Shown in pieces: positions 43,068-53,350 of a stretch of DNA of 64,000 bases (the first letter of the stretch is position 1; every line of letters begins with the position of its first letter). The notes under the pieces were generated by a model. It was not told the origin of the DNA and made no database searches. It saw only the letters and a list, made by a program, of their open reading frames with translations. The position numbers and the translations under genes are program-made. The stretch is taken from NCBI GenBank assembly GCA_964248365.1, contig CAXTYC010000018.1, forward strand, positions 47,543 through 111,542, given 5' to 3'. This stretch comes from an uncultured Chroococcidiopsis sp. (GTDB lineage: Bacteria > Cyanobacteriota > Cyanobacteriia > Cyanobacteriales > Chroococcidiopsidaceae).

Positions 43068-44075
43068 ATGAAAGCATTTGAGATCCAGAACTTTGGCTTA
43101 GATTCCCTTACCCTGACAGAAAAACCCGATCCAAATCCACGTTATGGACAAATACTGATTAAATTACGGGCAGTTTCGCTAAATTACCGTGATTTGATGG
43201 TAGTAAAAGGGTTATATAATCCCAAGCTTCCTTTACCGAGGATTCCCTTGAGTGATGGAGTGGGGGAAGTGGTAGCGGTGGGGGAAGGAGTGACGCGGGT
43301 GAAGAATGGCGATCGCGTTGCTGGTATTTTCTTTCAAAAGTGGCTGGCGGGAGAATTGACAGCAGAAAAAGTCGAGTCTGCTTTGGGTGGGGCTATTGAT
43401 GGAATGCTAGCAGAATATGTCGTCTTGCACGAGGATGGCGTTGTTCATGTGCCGGAACATTTAACAGACGAGGAAGCGGCTTGTTTACCTTGTGCTGGTG
43501 TGACGGCTTGGAATGCACTATTTACCTCTGGTGGAGTAAAAGCAGGTGACACAGTTCTAGTTCAAGGTACAGGCGGCGTTTCTATATTTGCTTTGCAGTT
43601 TGCATTATTAGCAGGGGCAAGAGTTATTGCTACATCTAGCAGTGACAAAAAGTTAGAGCGAGTGCGTCAATTAGGTGCAACAGACACAATCAACTATAAA
43701 CAAAATCCGCAGTGGGGTAAACAAGTACGAGAACTCACCGCAGGTAATGGCGTTGACTATTGTGTCGAGGTTGGCGGCGCTGGGACTTTAAATGAGTCTT
43801 TACGTGCTGTTCGTTATGGTGGACAAATTAGTTTGATTGGTGTTTTGACGGGTGGAAGTGGAGAGATTACTACAGCCTCCATTCTGAGGAAAAATGTGCG
43901 GGTACAGGGTATATATGTCGGTTCGCGCGAGATGTTTGAAGCGATGAATCGCGCGATCGCACTTGATAAATTACATCTAGTCGTAGATCGTGTGTTTGGG
44001 TTTCACGAAGCACCTGAAGCACTCAAGTATATGGAGAGTGGGAGTCACTTCGGTAAGATTTGTATTCGGTTCTAG
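43068..44075 (+). CDS. NAD(P)-dependent MDR alcohol dehydrogenase/quinone reductase
   Basis: SLNYRD, QGTGGVS and HFGKI motifs; RBS AGAGG. Confidence 0.9.
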   Translation: MKAFEIQNFGLDSLTLTEKPDPNPRYGQILIKLRAVSLNYRDLMVVKGLYNPKLPLPRIPLSDGVGEVVAVGEGVTRVKNGDRVAGIFFQKWLAGELTAEKVESALGGAIDGMLAEYVVLHEDGVVHVPEHLTDEEAACLPCAGVTAWNALFTSGGVKAGDTVLVQGTGGVSIFALQFALLAGARVIATSSSDKKLERVRQLGATDTINYKQNPQWGKQVRELTAGNGVDYCVEVGGAGTLNESLRAVRYGGQISLIGVLTGGSGEITTASILRKNVRVQGIYVGSREMFEAMNRAIALDKLHLVVDRVFGFHEAPEALKYMESGSHFGKICIRF

Positions 44076-44192
44076 GGTGTTAGACAAAGTAAGCGGGATT
44101 TTGTTTCGCGCAAAGACGCTAAGGCGCTAAGGAAGACAAAGGAAATTAGCACAAAGCGTGTCTAGGGTTAAATTGAACAAGGAGAAGTTCAA

Positions 44193-45264
44193 ATGCCACA
44201 TTTATTTGATGCTTTCAAGCTTAAAGATGTGACTTTGCGAAATCGGATTGGTGTTTCGCCGATGTGTCAATATAGTTCTGAAGATGGGATGGCGACAGAT
44301 TGGCATCTGGTTCATCTTGGTTCTCGTGCTGTTGGTGGTGCTGGGCTTATAATTGCTGAAGCGACAGCAGTTGAACCACGCGGGAGAATTTCTCCTGGTG
44401 ATGGGGGAATTTGGTCAGATAAGCATATTGAGCCATTGTATCGTATTAACTCTTTTATTAAAGAGCATGGTGCTGTACCAGGGATTCAAATTGCTCATGC
44501 TGGGAGAAAAGCAAGTACGGCACGTCCTTGGGAGGGAAGTCATTCGCTTAAAGATGAAGAAGGCGGGTGGGAAACTATTGCACCTAGTGCTTTGGCTTTT
44601 GGGGAAGAAGTGTGGCAAGTACCCAAAGAAATGACTAGGGAAGATATTCAAGAGGTACAGAATGCTTTTCGATCTGCGGCGGTGCGATCGCAAGAAGCTG
44701 GTTATGAGTGGCTAGAATTACATTTTGCTCACGGTTACTTAGGACACAGTTTTTACTCGCCTTTATCCAACAAACGCACGGATGAATATGGGGGAAGCTT
44801 TGAAAATCGCATCCGCTTTGCGATAGAAACTACCCGCGCCGTGAGAGATGTTTGGTCTGAACGTTTACCATTAACAGTACGGTTATCCTGTTCTGATTGG
44901 GTTGAAGGCGGCTGGACGATTGAAGATTCGGTAGAACTCGCCAAAAAGCTCAAAGCCGAGGGTGTGGATTTAATTGATTGTAGTTCTGGTTTCAATTCTC
45001 CCGATTACAAAAATTATCCTTTTGGGGCGAGTTGGCAAGTTCCCTTTTCAGCAAAAAATCCGTAAAGAAGTTGACATTGCTACTGCTGCTGTCGGTTCTA
45101 TCACCGAACCAATGCAAGCCGATGAAATTATTCGCAATAATCGTGCAGATATTGTTCTGTTAGCGCAGGAAATACTACGCGATCCCTATTGGATTTATCA
45201 CGCCGCCCAAAAACTGCGATGGAAGACACCGATCTTACCTATTCAATACAGTAGTAGGGTGTAA
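44193..45264 (+). pseudogene. NADH:flavin oxidoreductase (Old Yellow Enzyme, YqjM/NamA-type), frameshifted
   Basis: SPMCQYS, HAGRK, HFAHGY and RTDEYGG motifs; extra A in the run at ~45053-45058. Confidence 0.8.
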
Positions 45265-45397
45265 AAAGTAAAGCGGTGTTGCACAAAACTTGTGATGATT
45301 TTCTCTTATCACCTTAGCGTCTTTGCGTCTACCCTTCGGGAAGCCGCTGACGCGGCTTTGCGTGACACTTAACTCTAATTATTACCAGGAGTAAGTT

Positions 45398-46135
45398 ATG
45401 ACATCAAAATCAGTTACAGACAAAATCGCGCTGATCACAGGTGCTAATAAAGGTATTGGACTGGAAATTGCCCGTCAATTAGGTTCCCAGGGAATTACAG
45501 TTTTGATTGGTGCGCGAGATGAAAATCGCGGTCAAGAAGCCGCCCAAAAGCTGCAAGCAGAAAATATCAACGCTCATGCTGTACAGCTAGATGTGACAAA
45601 TCAAGAATCAATTGACGCGGCAGCAAAATACATTGAAAATCAGTTCGGTAAGCTTGATATTCTGGTAAACAATGCGGGGATTGCTGTTGACAACGCACCA
45701 CCGAGTCAACTTGACATGGAAGTTTTGCGTCGCACCTATGAAACTAACTTTTTTGGTGTCTTCGCCGTTACCAAAGCAATGTTACCACTCCTGCGTAAGT
45801 CTGATGCAGGTCGAATCGTAAATATGTCAAGTGGTTTGGGATCGCTAACGCAAAACAGTGATCCAAATTACGAATTCGCCAGCGCCAAAATGCTAGCTTA
45901 CCACTCATCGAAAACGGCTGTCAATGCCATGACGGTTCAATTCGCCCACGAACTGAAGGACACACCGATCAAAGTTAATTCTGCCGATCCAGGTTACGTG
46001 GCAACCGATATCAACGCTAACCGAGGTACACGCACTGTGCAGCAAGGTGCAACTGCTTCGGTACGTTTGGCGACGCTACCAGCCGATGGACCAACAGGCG
46101 GTTATTTCGACGAAAATGGTGTTGTGCCTTGGTAA
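45398..46135 (+). CDS. Short-chain dehydrogenase/reductase
   Basis: TGANKGIG, NNAG and YHSSK motifs. Confidence 0.95.
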   Translation: MTSKSVTDKIALITGANKGIGLEIARQLGSQGITVLIGARDENRGQEAAQKLQAENINAHAVQLDVTNQESIDAAAKYIENQFGKLDILVNNAGIAVDNAPPSQLDMEVLRRTYETNFFGVFAVTKAMLPLLRKSDAGRIVNMSSGLGSLTQNSDPNYEFASAKMLAYHSSKTAVNAMTVQFAHELKDTPIKVNSADPGYVATDINANRGTRTVQQGATASVRLATLPADGPTGGYFDENGVVPW

Positions 46136-46284
46136 AGTGCAGGCAATCTTAGTCTAATTCGCTATTAACAGACATTGAGCATGGTTTTTACCAAAACTAA
46201 AAAGTAGCTCGATCTGAATAATAAGCGGCTATCGAAGCAAGAGAAGAACGTAAGTAAAATCTCTATTACTTATAGGAGAATTCG

Positions 46285-46943
46285 ATGGATTCAATTACTC
46301 AAGAGCAAAACCTACAAAATCAGCCCCTGGATGTACCAGCAGCAATTTTACACCGTCGTGCGATTAAAAGTTTTATATTACTCAGGCAATTAGTTGAATT
46401 AACTGTCGCAGCGCCCAGCAGTTGGAATCTGCAAGACTGGCAAATTATTCTCGTGCAAAATGAGGATCAGCGAAAAGCATTGTCAGAAGCTGCTAATGGT
46501 CAGCACCAGATCTTGCAAGCACCAGTAACGTTTGTATTTGCAGCCGATTCTAACGCTTGGCAGGAAGATCCAACACCAATTTATCAGCAAGCAATTCAAA
46601 ATGGTGCATGGACAGAAGGTACAATAAATTATTTCCAAAACGCTGTTCCTTCGTTTCAAATGGCGTTGGGAGAAAAAACCGCGAGTATGCTGTTAAAGAT
46701 GCCATGATCGCAGCTACACATTTAGTATTAGCAGCAGAAAGTTTAGGTTTGTCTACCTGCTTTATGAATGGTTGGGTTGAAGACAAGGTTAAGCAAGTGA
46801 TTGGGGCAGCGGACGATCCGAATTTAGCGATCGCTGTTCTGATTCCTGTCGGTTACGCCGCCGAATCACGCAAAAATCCTGGTCGTCTACCGTTAGCGTA
46901 CAATGTCTTTGGGGACAGACTGGGAAACCCATATCAGGGTTGA
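46285..46943 (+). pseudogene. Nitroreductase family, frameshifted
   Basis: RRAIK and APSSWNLQ in one frame; AAESLGLSTC and PVGY in another; shift at the A-run ~46673-46678. Confidence 0.85.
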
Positions 46944-47091
46944 TGCAATGATCAGCCGCTATTTATATAGTCTTGGATAGTGGCTATGGTTGGCAAGTGT
47001 GAAATGAAAAATTCATCCAGCCGATCTGGATAAATTTTAAGCTTTCAACCGATAATAACTTGACTAGTACCCAATTCCAAAAATTTCATTT

Positions 47092-47895
47092 ATGAATAGA
47101 CGCGATTTGTTGATTGTATCCGCAGGTATTGCTACAACTGGGCTACTAGTAGCAGGAACTAAGAGTGCTATTGCACAACCGACTTCAAAAGGTAAAATCG
47201 TTACCCTAGGCAAAAATTTGCAAGGATACTACGTGCGCCCTCAAGCCAGAGGTTCTGTCCCTGGTGTAATAGTATTTATGGAGGCGTTTGGGCTAAATCC
47301 TAACATTAAAAATGTATGCGATCGCCTCGCTAAAGCAGGTTTAGCCGCCTTAGCACCAGACTTCTATCATGGCGATGTTTATGAATACACAGATCTGCAA
47401 AATGCGATCGCCAAACTCAAAAGTTTAAACGATGATACTGTCATGGCTGAAGTTGGGCAAGGGTTGGAATTTTTAGCCCAAGGTAGAGAGGTAGCTGCTG
47501 ATAAAGTTGGGGTGATGGGTTTTTGTATGGGTGGAAGGTATACTTTTCTAGCTAATGCGGTTCATGCCGACAAATTCAAAGCCGCTGTTGCTTTTTATGG
47601 GGCGGGAATTGCACCTCAACAAGATCAACTCGGACGCAAGCCATTGCTAGATCGAGTAGGAACAATGCAAGCACCGATTATGTTAGTCTATGGTGCGAAT
47701 GACCCATCAATTGCTCCCGACGAACACGCCCGAATTGCCTCTGCCCTTTCTAGTGCTAAAAAGCGTTATATTCTCTCTGTCTTTCCCAATGCTGGACATG
47801 GTTTTTTGAGCGATCGCCGTGACAGCTATGCACCCCAACCCGCTCAAGAAGCATGGGAAATGACAATGAATTTCTTACAGCACAATTTGGCGTAA
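47092..47895 (+). CDS. Dienelactone hydrolase family protein with Tat signal
   Basis: NRRDLL, GFCMGG and AGHGF motifs. Confidence 0.92.
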   Translation: MNRRDLLIVSAGIATTGLLVAGTKSAIAQPTSKGKIVTLGKNLQGYYVRPQARGSVPGVIVFMEAFGLNPNIKNVCDRLAKAGLAALAPDFYHGDVYEYTDLQNAIAKLKSLNDDTVMAEVGQGLEFLAQGREVAADKVGVMGFCMGGRYTFLANAVHADKFKAAVAFYGAGIAPQQDQLGRKPLLDRVGTMQAPIMLVYGANDPSIAPDEHARIASALSSAKKRYILSVFPNAGHGFLSDRRDSYAPQPAQEAWEMTMNFLQHNLA

Positions 47896-48042
47896 TTGTA
47901 AAGTGTTAGCCATTGAAGTTGAGCAGTGATAAACCCAATTGGAGCGCATTGATTTAAAGCGATTGGAAGTTAAAGCTATCTTTAATTAGGGGCGCTGGGG
48001 TGATCGTGAGAGGGGGAAAAGGGGACAGTTACCAGTTACCAG

Positions 48043-48384
48043 TTACCCATTACCTTCAAAATTCCGTGATTGCGAATTTTTCTTCATTTTTTCTTCCTCA
48101 ATCTCTGCTTGGAGCTTTGCTAGTTCTTCAGGGGTTAGTTCTTCTAACCTTTTCTGAAAAAAAGCTTGTTCGTATGCTTGTCGCTGCTGATGATAAGTCA
48201 TTTTTTGCCCTGTCACCCGCAAGACATAAGTCACTACCCAGCCAATTAAGCCTCCAACTAGTAATAACTGACTCCATATTCCAGCTTCCATCCCCTCTAA
48301 GCCAGCTATTTTCAAGATTATATACGCCAGTCCCCCAGCAGCAAAAATGCCTACAGTAATACCAATTGCGTCAATTCTTCGCAT
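48043..48384 (-). CDS. DUF3007 family protein
   Basis: MRRIDAI...AGIWSQ...MTYHQQ pattern. Confidence 0.88.
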   Translation of the reverse strand: MRRIDAIGITVGIFAAGGLAYIILKIAGLEGMEAGIWSQLLLVGGLIGWVVTYVLRVTGQKMTYHQQRQAYEQAFFQKRLEELTPEELAKLQAEIEEEKMKKNSQSRNFEGNG

Positions 48385-48470
48385 CGCCAGCTATATTTAA
48401 TTACCCGACGTTTTACCAGTTACCAGTTACCAGTTATCAGTTATCAGTTACCAACTACCAATTACCTTCT

Positions 48471-48683
48471 TTACCCCTGAATTTGTCGCCGACTGGGGCG
48501 GAAATTCAAAAATGGACTCAAGACTAGCAAACCTGGAAAGAAAAAGAACACTAGGAAGTACATAAAGGCACGCTCAAACGAGCTAGCCACATACCACCGT
48601 AGTTTTAGATAGAACAAAATCGTTAGTGGAACTACCAACAAGTAAGCTCCAGCCAAAGTTAGATACAGTAGCGCTACCACCAT
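48471..48683 (-). CDS. ndhL: NAD(P)H-quinone oxidoreductase subunit L
   Basis: [23 protein letters not shown] motif. Confidence 0.95.
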   Translation of the reverse strand: MVVALLYLTLAGAYLLVVPLTILFYLKLRWYVASSFERAFMYFLVFFFFPGLLVLSPFLNFRPSRRQIQG

Positions 48684-48949
48684 AATGCTTTGTACCAAGT
48701 AGAACAATCAAAAAGCGCGATCGCCATTTAACAGGTATGTTTTCCAGAATCGGCGTATCCGCGCTTCCATAGTTATTGTACAGCTTATAGTTTCTCTTCA
48801 AAAGAAAAGTCGTGGTAAGGTAGCAGTTTTGCGATTTAGCTCAAACTTCCCCTCGAAAACTCACTAGAGTGTTGCATAAATTTCCCTTTTCTGCTGGAAT
48901 AGTAAAGCGGGGTATTCACCCCTAGTAGCAGCAACTACGCGAACCTCTT

Positions 48950-49345
48950 GGGGGCATGGCGGAATGGCAGACGCTACGGACTTAGAAAACTGAGCCTTGA
49001 TAGAGAAATCCATCAAGTGACCGCTCTCAAACTCAGGGAAACCTAAATCTGGTTACAGACATGGCAATCCTGAGCCAAGCCGAGAAGATAGGGAGTAGGG
49101 AGTAGGGAGTAGGGAGTAGGAAATTTAAATCCCCCAGCCCCTGGTTCCTCTAGCCCCTAGCCCCTCCTTGCGGAAGGTGCAGAGACTTGACGGGAGCTAC
49201 CCTAACGTACAAAGACGAGGGTAAAGGGAGAGTCCAATTCTCAAAGCATGGTTGGGATTAACTACCAGGCAGTAGCGAAAGCTGCGGGAGAATGAAAATC
49301 CGTTGACCTTAAACGGTCGTGAGGGTTCAACTCCCTCTGCCCCCA
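48950..49345 (+). tRNA. trnL: tRNA-Leu(UAA), intron-containing; exons 48950-48983 and 49295-49345
   Basis: GGGGGCA/TGCCCCC acceptor stem; ACGGA/TCCGT anticodon stem split within UAA. Confidence 0.97.
48984..49294 (+). ncRNA. Group I intron of tRNA-Leu(UAA)
   Basis: AACTCAGGGAAA, AATCCTGAGC, GTGCAGAGACT and GAGAGTCC core elements; terminal G. Confidence 0.95.
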
Positions 49346-49450
49346 TATCTAAAAAAAGTGCATAATCAAGCTAAAGCCAGTTCACAGACTGGCTTTTATT
49401 TTGAAGTAGTACGGTATTCAATCATTTTTAGTACGGATTTAGGACGGAGT

Positions 49451-50635
49451 ATGGATAGCGCTAAACAAGTACGTAAGGTCTATGAATCAACCGTAAGAAT
49501 AGAGAGGCTCTCAGATGGAATGCTACGTTTGCAATTTAATAGCGGCTTGAGCAAACAGTTTTGGGGAAAAGCACAGCATAAGCCATGACCTGGGTTAACC
49601 GACACGCCAGAAAACTATGCATTACTCGAAACGAAATGCCAACGGATGCATCTAGATGTGTTAGACGGGATATTTGACTGCACGCAGGTTAAATACGGCA
49701 TTGGTAAACAAAAGCCACAACTAACGGTTATAACCAACATTGCTAAACCAACACTGCCTATATTGGAACTGTACGACCGTTAGTGTGATTCCAGAAAAGG
49801 GACTGTTGAAGAAACAACACTGGAAATGGAATTCAAAGGAAAATTTAGACGTGCAATTGCTGAAGCAATCAATAATGTTGGCTTGGATGCCCTAGCGATC
49901 CGAAATTACCTAGTAAAGCACAGGCAACCTAAAACAGTAAAAGAATGCTTACGTCATTTAAGCAAAGCTTATCAAATGGGAATTAGACATAAGTTAGTTA
50001 CTGATAATCCATTTGATGGAATGGCAGAGCAGAATGATATCGCTAAAGGTAGAAGAAAAACCCAAGATAATTTTGATGATGAAGACGGGGATGAAGACAC
50101 TAGATCCTTTACTGTTGACGAAATGAATTCAATTATTAACTCGTTTGAATCTTCAGGACATAGAAAACATTTAGCACATATCATTAAGTTTTTATTTTGG
50201 ACTGGATGCCGTACAGGTGAGGCAGTCGGTTTGAAGTGGCGAGATATCAAATGGGATAAAGAAACTATTACATTTCGCCGTAGCTATAATAAACGGTTAA
50301 AGCTATTTAAGCCTACAAAGACTAATACTGTTAGATGGTTTCCCTTGCCTAAAGATGGGTTAATCTGGAAACTGTTAGAGTCACTACAACAAGGGAAGCC
50401 TGATGATGTTGTATTCTTGTCTAAAACTGGAAAAGTCATAGATGCCAATAAGTTAGGTGAGACGTAGCGAGGTAAACAAAGTGAAGGCATACCAGGAGTA
50501 ATCCCTACTCTAATAAAAAAAGGTGAGGTAAGAGAATATTTACGTTTGTATGCTACACGGCATACTTTCATCTCTCATCAGGTAAACATCTGTAAAGTTC
50601 CGATTACAACTGTTGCTCAATGGGTTGGAAACAGT
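49451..50635 (+). pseudogene. Tyrosine integrase with arm-binding domain, inactivated
   Basis: GLTDTPEN, TGCRTGE, YATRHTF and WVGNS in one frame; stops at 49586, 49781 and 50465; cut by IS before the catalytic Tyr. Confidence 0.9.
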
Positions 50636-51568
50636 CAGGGCTTTTTGATTCTCTCGCACTAAGGGATAATGTCAAGAACAGTAGTTTTTGACTCAACATG
50701 ACACCAAGAGCTAGCAAACCGATGAGGAAACTGTCGAGGACGGTTCCCTCGCTTATGGAAGCCCAGGTTAGAGTTCCAGACCACCGCTGTGCATCTGGAA
50801 AACGTTATAAACTTGCAGCTATTCTTGCTTTTATGTGTTGTGGAATGCTGTGCAAAGCCCAAAGTCTGTTAGCTATTTTTGAGTGGGGGCGAACGCACCA
50901 AAAGTGGTGTCAAGAGGTGTTTGGCTTTCACAAGCGCACTCCATGTGTCAGTACATTGCATCTGGTAATGAAGGGTTTGGACGTTCAAGCATTTGAAATA
51001 GCACTGCAAGAATGGTATTAAGTCTCAAATAGTTCAAACCCAACAAGTTTGTGAGCTAGAAGCGGTTGCAATTGATGGTAAAACTCTACGCGGGTCAAGA
51101 AATGGATCGCTTGAAAGGAAAGAAGCTTTGCCCCTACTTAAACAATTGAACTTGAACTTGAAACTGGTCACAGGTGATGCTCTTTATGCTCTACGCGAGA
51201 TTTGCGAGCAAATTTTGGCACAAGGCGGCAACTACTTGTTTGAGGTGAAAAAGAATCAGCCGAGTTTATGGGCAGACATTACTAGGGTTTTTCAGGGGAA
51301 CTTGCATCAATTTGACCTTGAACAAACTATCGATAAAGGTCATGGACGAATTGAGATTCGGCACTTTTACACGACATCTGCATTAAAAGGACATAATGAT
51401 TGGCCTGGCTTAGAACAAGTGTGTTATCAAAAAAATCTGACCAAACGAAAGGGTAAATGGCTGGAAGAATGTCACTATAAAGTCACCAGTCTAACACCCC
51501 AAAAAGCTAACGCTAAAGCATTATTACAATTGGGTCGTAGCCATTGGGGAATAGAAAACCGAGTGCAT
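50636..51568 (+). mobile_element. ISAs1 family element, truncated and degenerate
   Basis: CAGGG left end; IDGKTLRGS, TGDAL, VKKNQP, GHGRIE and HWGIEN fragments. Confidence 0.85.
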
Positions 51569-52162
51569 TTGTTTCTTCTTCACTACTCTCTTCATCGTCA
51601 ATACAATTTTCAAAAAATAATAATCTAAGTCTTCAAGCTGGATTTCTTTTCCATAAAATTCTCGTACCTTATGATTTAATGTTTGAACATACTCATACAT
51701 AAGCTTTTCCAAAACACTTGATGGAGTAGTTGGAGAGATTGCTAAAGCTTCATCAATACTTTTTTAACTTCTAGTAGTGTTGCAATCATCAATGTGAGTG
51801 GACGAAGTTCCATTTAAAATATTTTTAGCTATTTGTCCTAAATTATCGGTGGAAGCTTGATAAAGATCCTCTTCTTTTTCAATTGCTAATTTTTCCAAGG
51901 TATTTGCAAGAGTATTAGGATTCTTGGCAATAGCAATGTGAATGTAATGGCTAAAGTATGATTCTTTTTCCTCCTTGATTGCTAACTCCATCAGAAGATT
52001 TGCCGGAGTATTAGGATTAGCTGCAACAGCTTGGCGTACTATCCAATATTTGTCCTTTGTCCAATCTTTATATGATGTGAATTTTTCTAGAGTGATTGTA
52101 AGAGTATTAGGATTTTTAGCAATTGATACTCTCTTTGTTATATCGTTCATAAACTGACGCAA
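51569..52162 (-). pseudogene. LRV/HEAT-like repeat protein fragment
   Basis: Repeated (I/V)A.NPNT...LE.L units; in-frame TAA at 51764-51766. Confidence 0.65.
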
Positions 52163-52383
52163 TCAAATATATTAATATATACCAATTTTAAATAAGACAC
52201 AAACCTATATCTGCTGAATTACCTCCCAGTGGAAGAGAATGTTCGTTAATCAAATAGGGCTGTTATATCATTGCAGTAATCATAAACTTTACAATACGGT
52301 GAAGTCATCAGAAATTGTACTGATGCAGGTTGGGAGTGATCCATTTTCTGGAGGAAAAATAGATGACGGAGAAAATGTTCCCA

Positions 52384-53331
52384 CTATAGCGTCCTAATAC
52401 GTCTTTGTAGGGCTATAAAGGCTGAGTCAGTTTTTGCCTTCTCTCGGTATTCATCTGGATTTAAAGCAATCGCTTGTTGTAGGTTCTCGATTGCTAAAGT
52501 ATTTTCACTCTCAAGGGCATAGCAACAAGCCTTGTTGTACCATGCTTGGTGATAGTCCGGTTTGCATTCGAGTGCTTTGTCGTACCTGGCGATCTCCTGT
52601 TGGTAGTCGCCTAATTTATGCAGGACACGACCGCGATTGTACCATGCTTGATGATAGTCCGGTTTGAATTTGAGTGCTTTGTCGTAACTTGCGATCGCCT
52701 GTCGGTATTCGCCTAATTTATCCAGGGTCTTTCCGCGGTTGTACCATGCTTGGTAGTCATCGGGTTTGAATGAGAGTGCTTTGTCGTAGCTGGCGATCTC
52801 CTCTTGGTATTCGTCCAATTTACTTTGGACACTGAAAAGGGCATCGCCTAAATTCCCCAGGGCAAGACCGCGATTGTACCAAGCTGGGTGCAGGTCAGGT
52901 TTGCATTCGAGTGCTTTGTCGTAGCTGGCGATCGCCTGTCGATAGTCGCCTATTTTCTCTAGAGCAAGACCGCGGTTGAACCAGGCTGGGTGAAGGTCGG
53001 GTTTGCATCTGAGTGCTTTGTCGTAGCTGGCGATTGCCTGTGAGTAATCGCCTAATTTGTACAGGGCATTGCCGCGGTTGTACCAGGCTTCATGTTTGTG
53101 CGGTTTGAATGAGAGTGCTTTATCGTAGCTGGCGATCGCTTATCGGTAGTCACCTAATTCATCCAGGGCATTTCCGCGATTGTGCCAGGCTGGGTGATAG
53201 TCCGGTTTGAATGAGAGTGCTTTGTCGTAGCTTGCGATCTCCTGTTGGTAGTCGCCTAATTTATTATAGGCAAGACCGCGGCTATACCAGACTTCATGCT
53301 CGTCCGGTTTGAAGGAGTTGGTCAATTGCAT
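52384..53331 (-). pseudogene. TPR repeat protein with one in-frame stop
   Basis: 34-aa AWYNRG...AIASYDKAL..KPD repeats, continuous in frame across TAA 53140-53142. Confidence 0.85.
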
Positions 53332-53350
53332 TTTTGTGATCTGTAGAATT

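Noticed and set aside
52384..53331. DGR template/variable repeats
   Set aside because: The repeats are ordinary TPR units; no reverse transcriptase in the window and no evident adenine-specific variation
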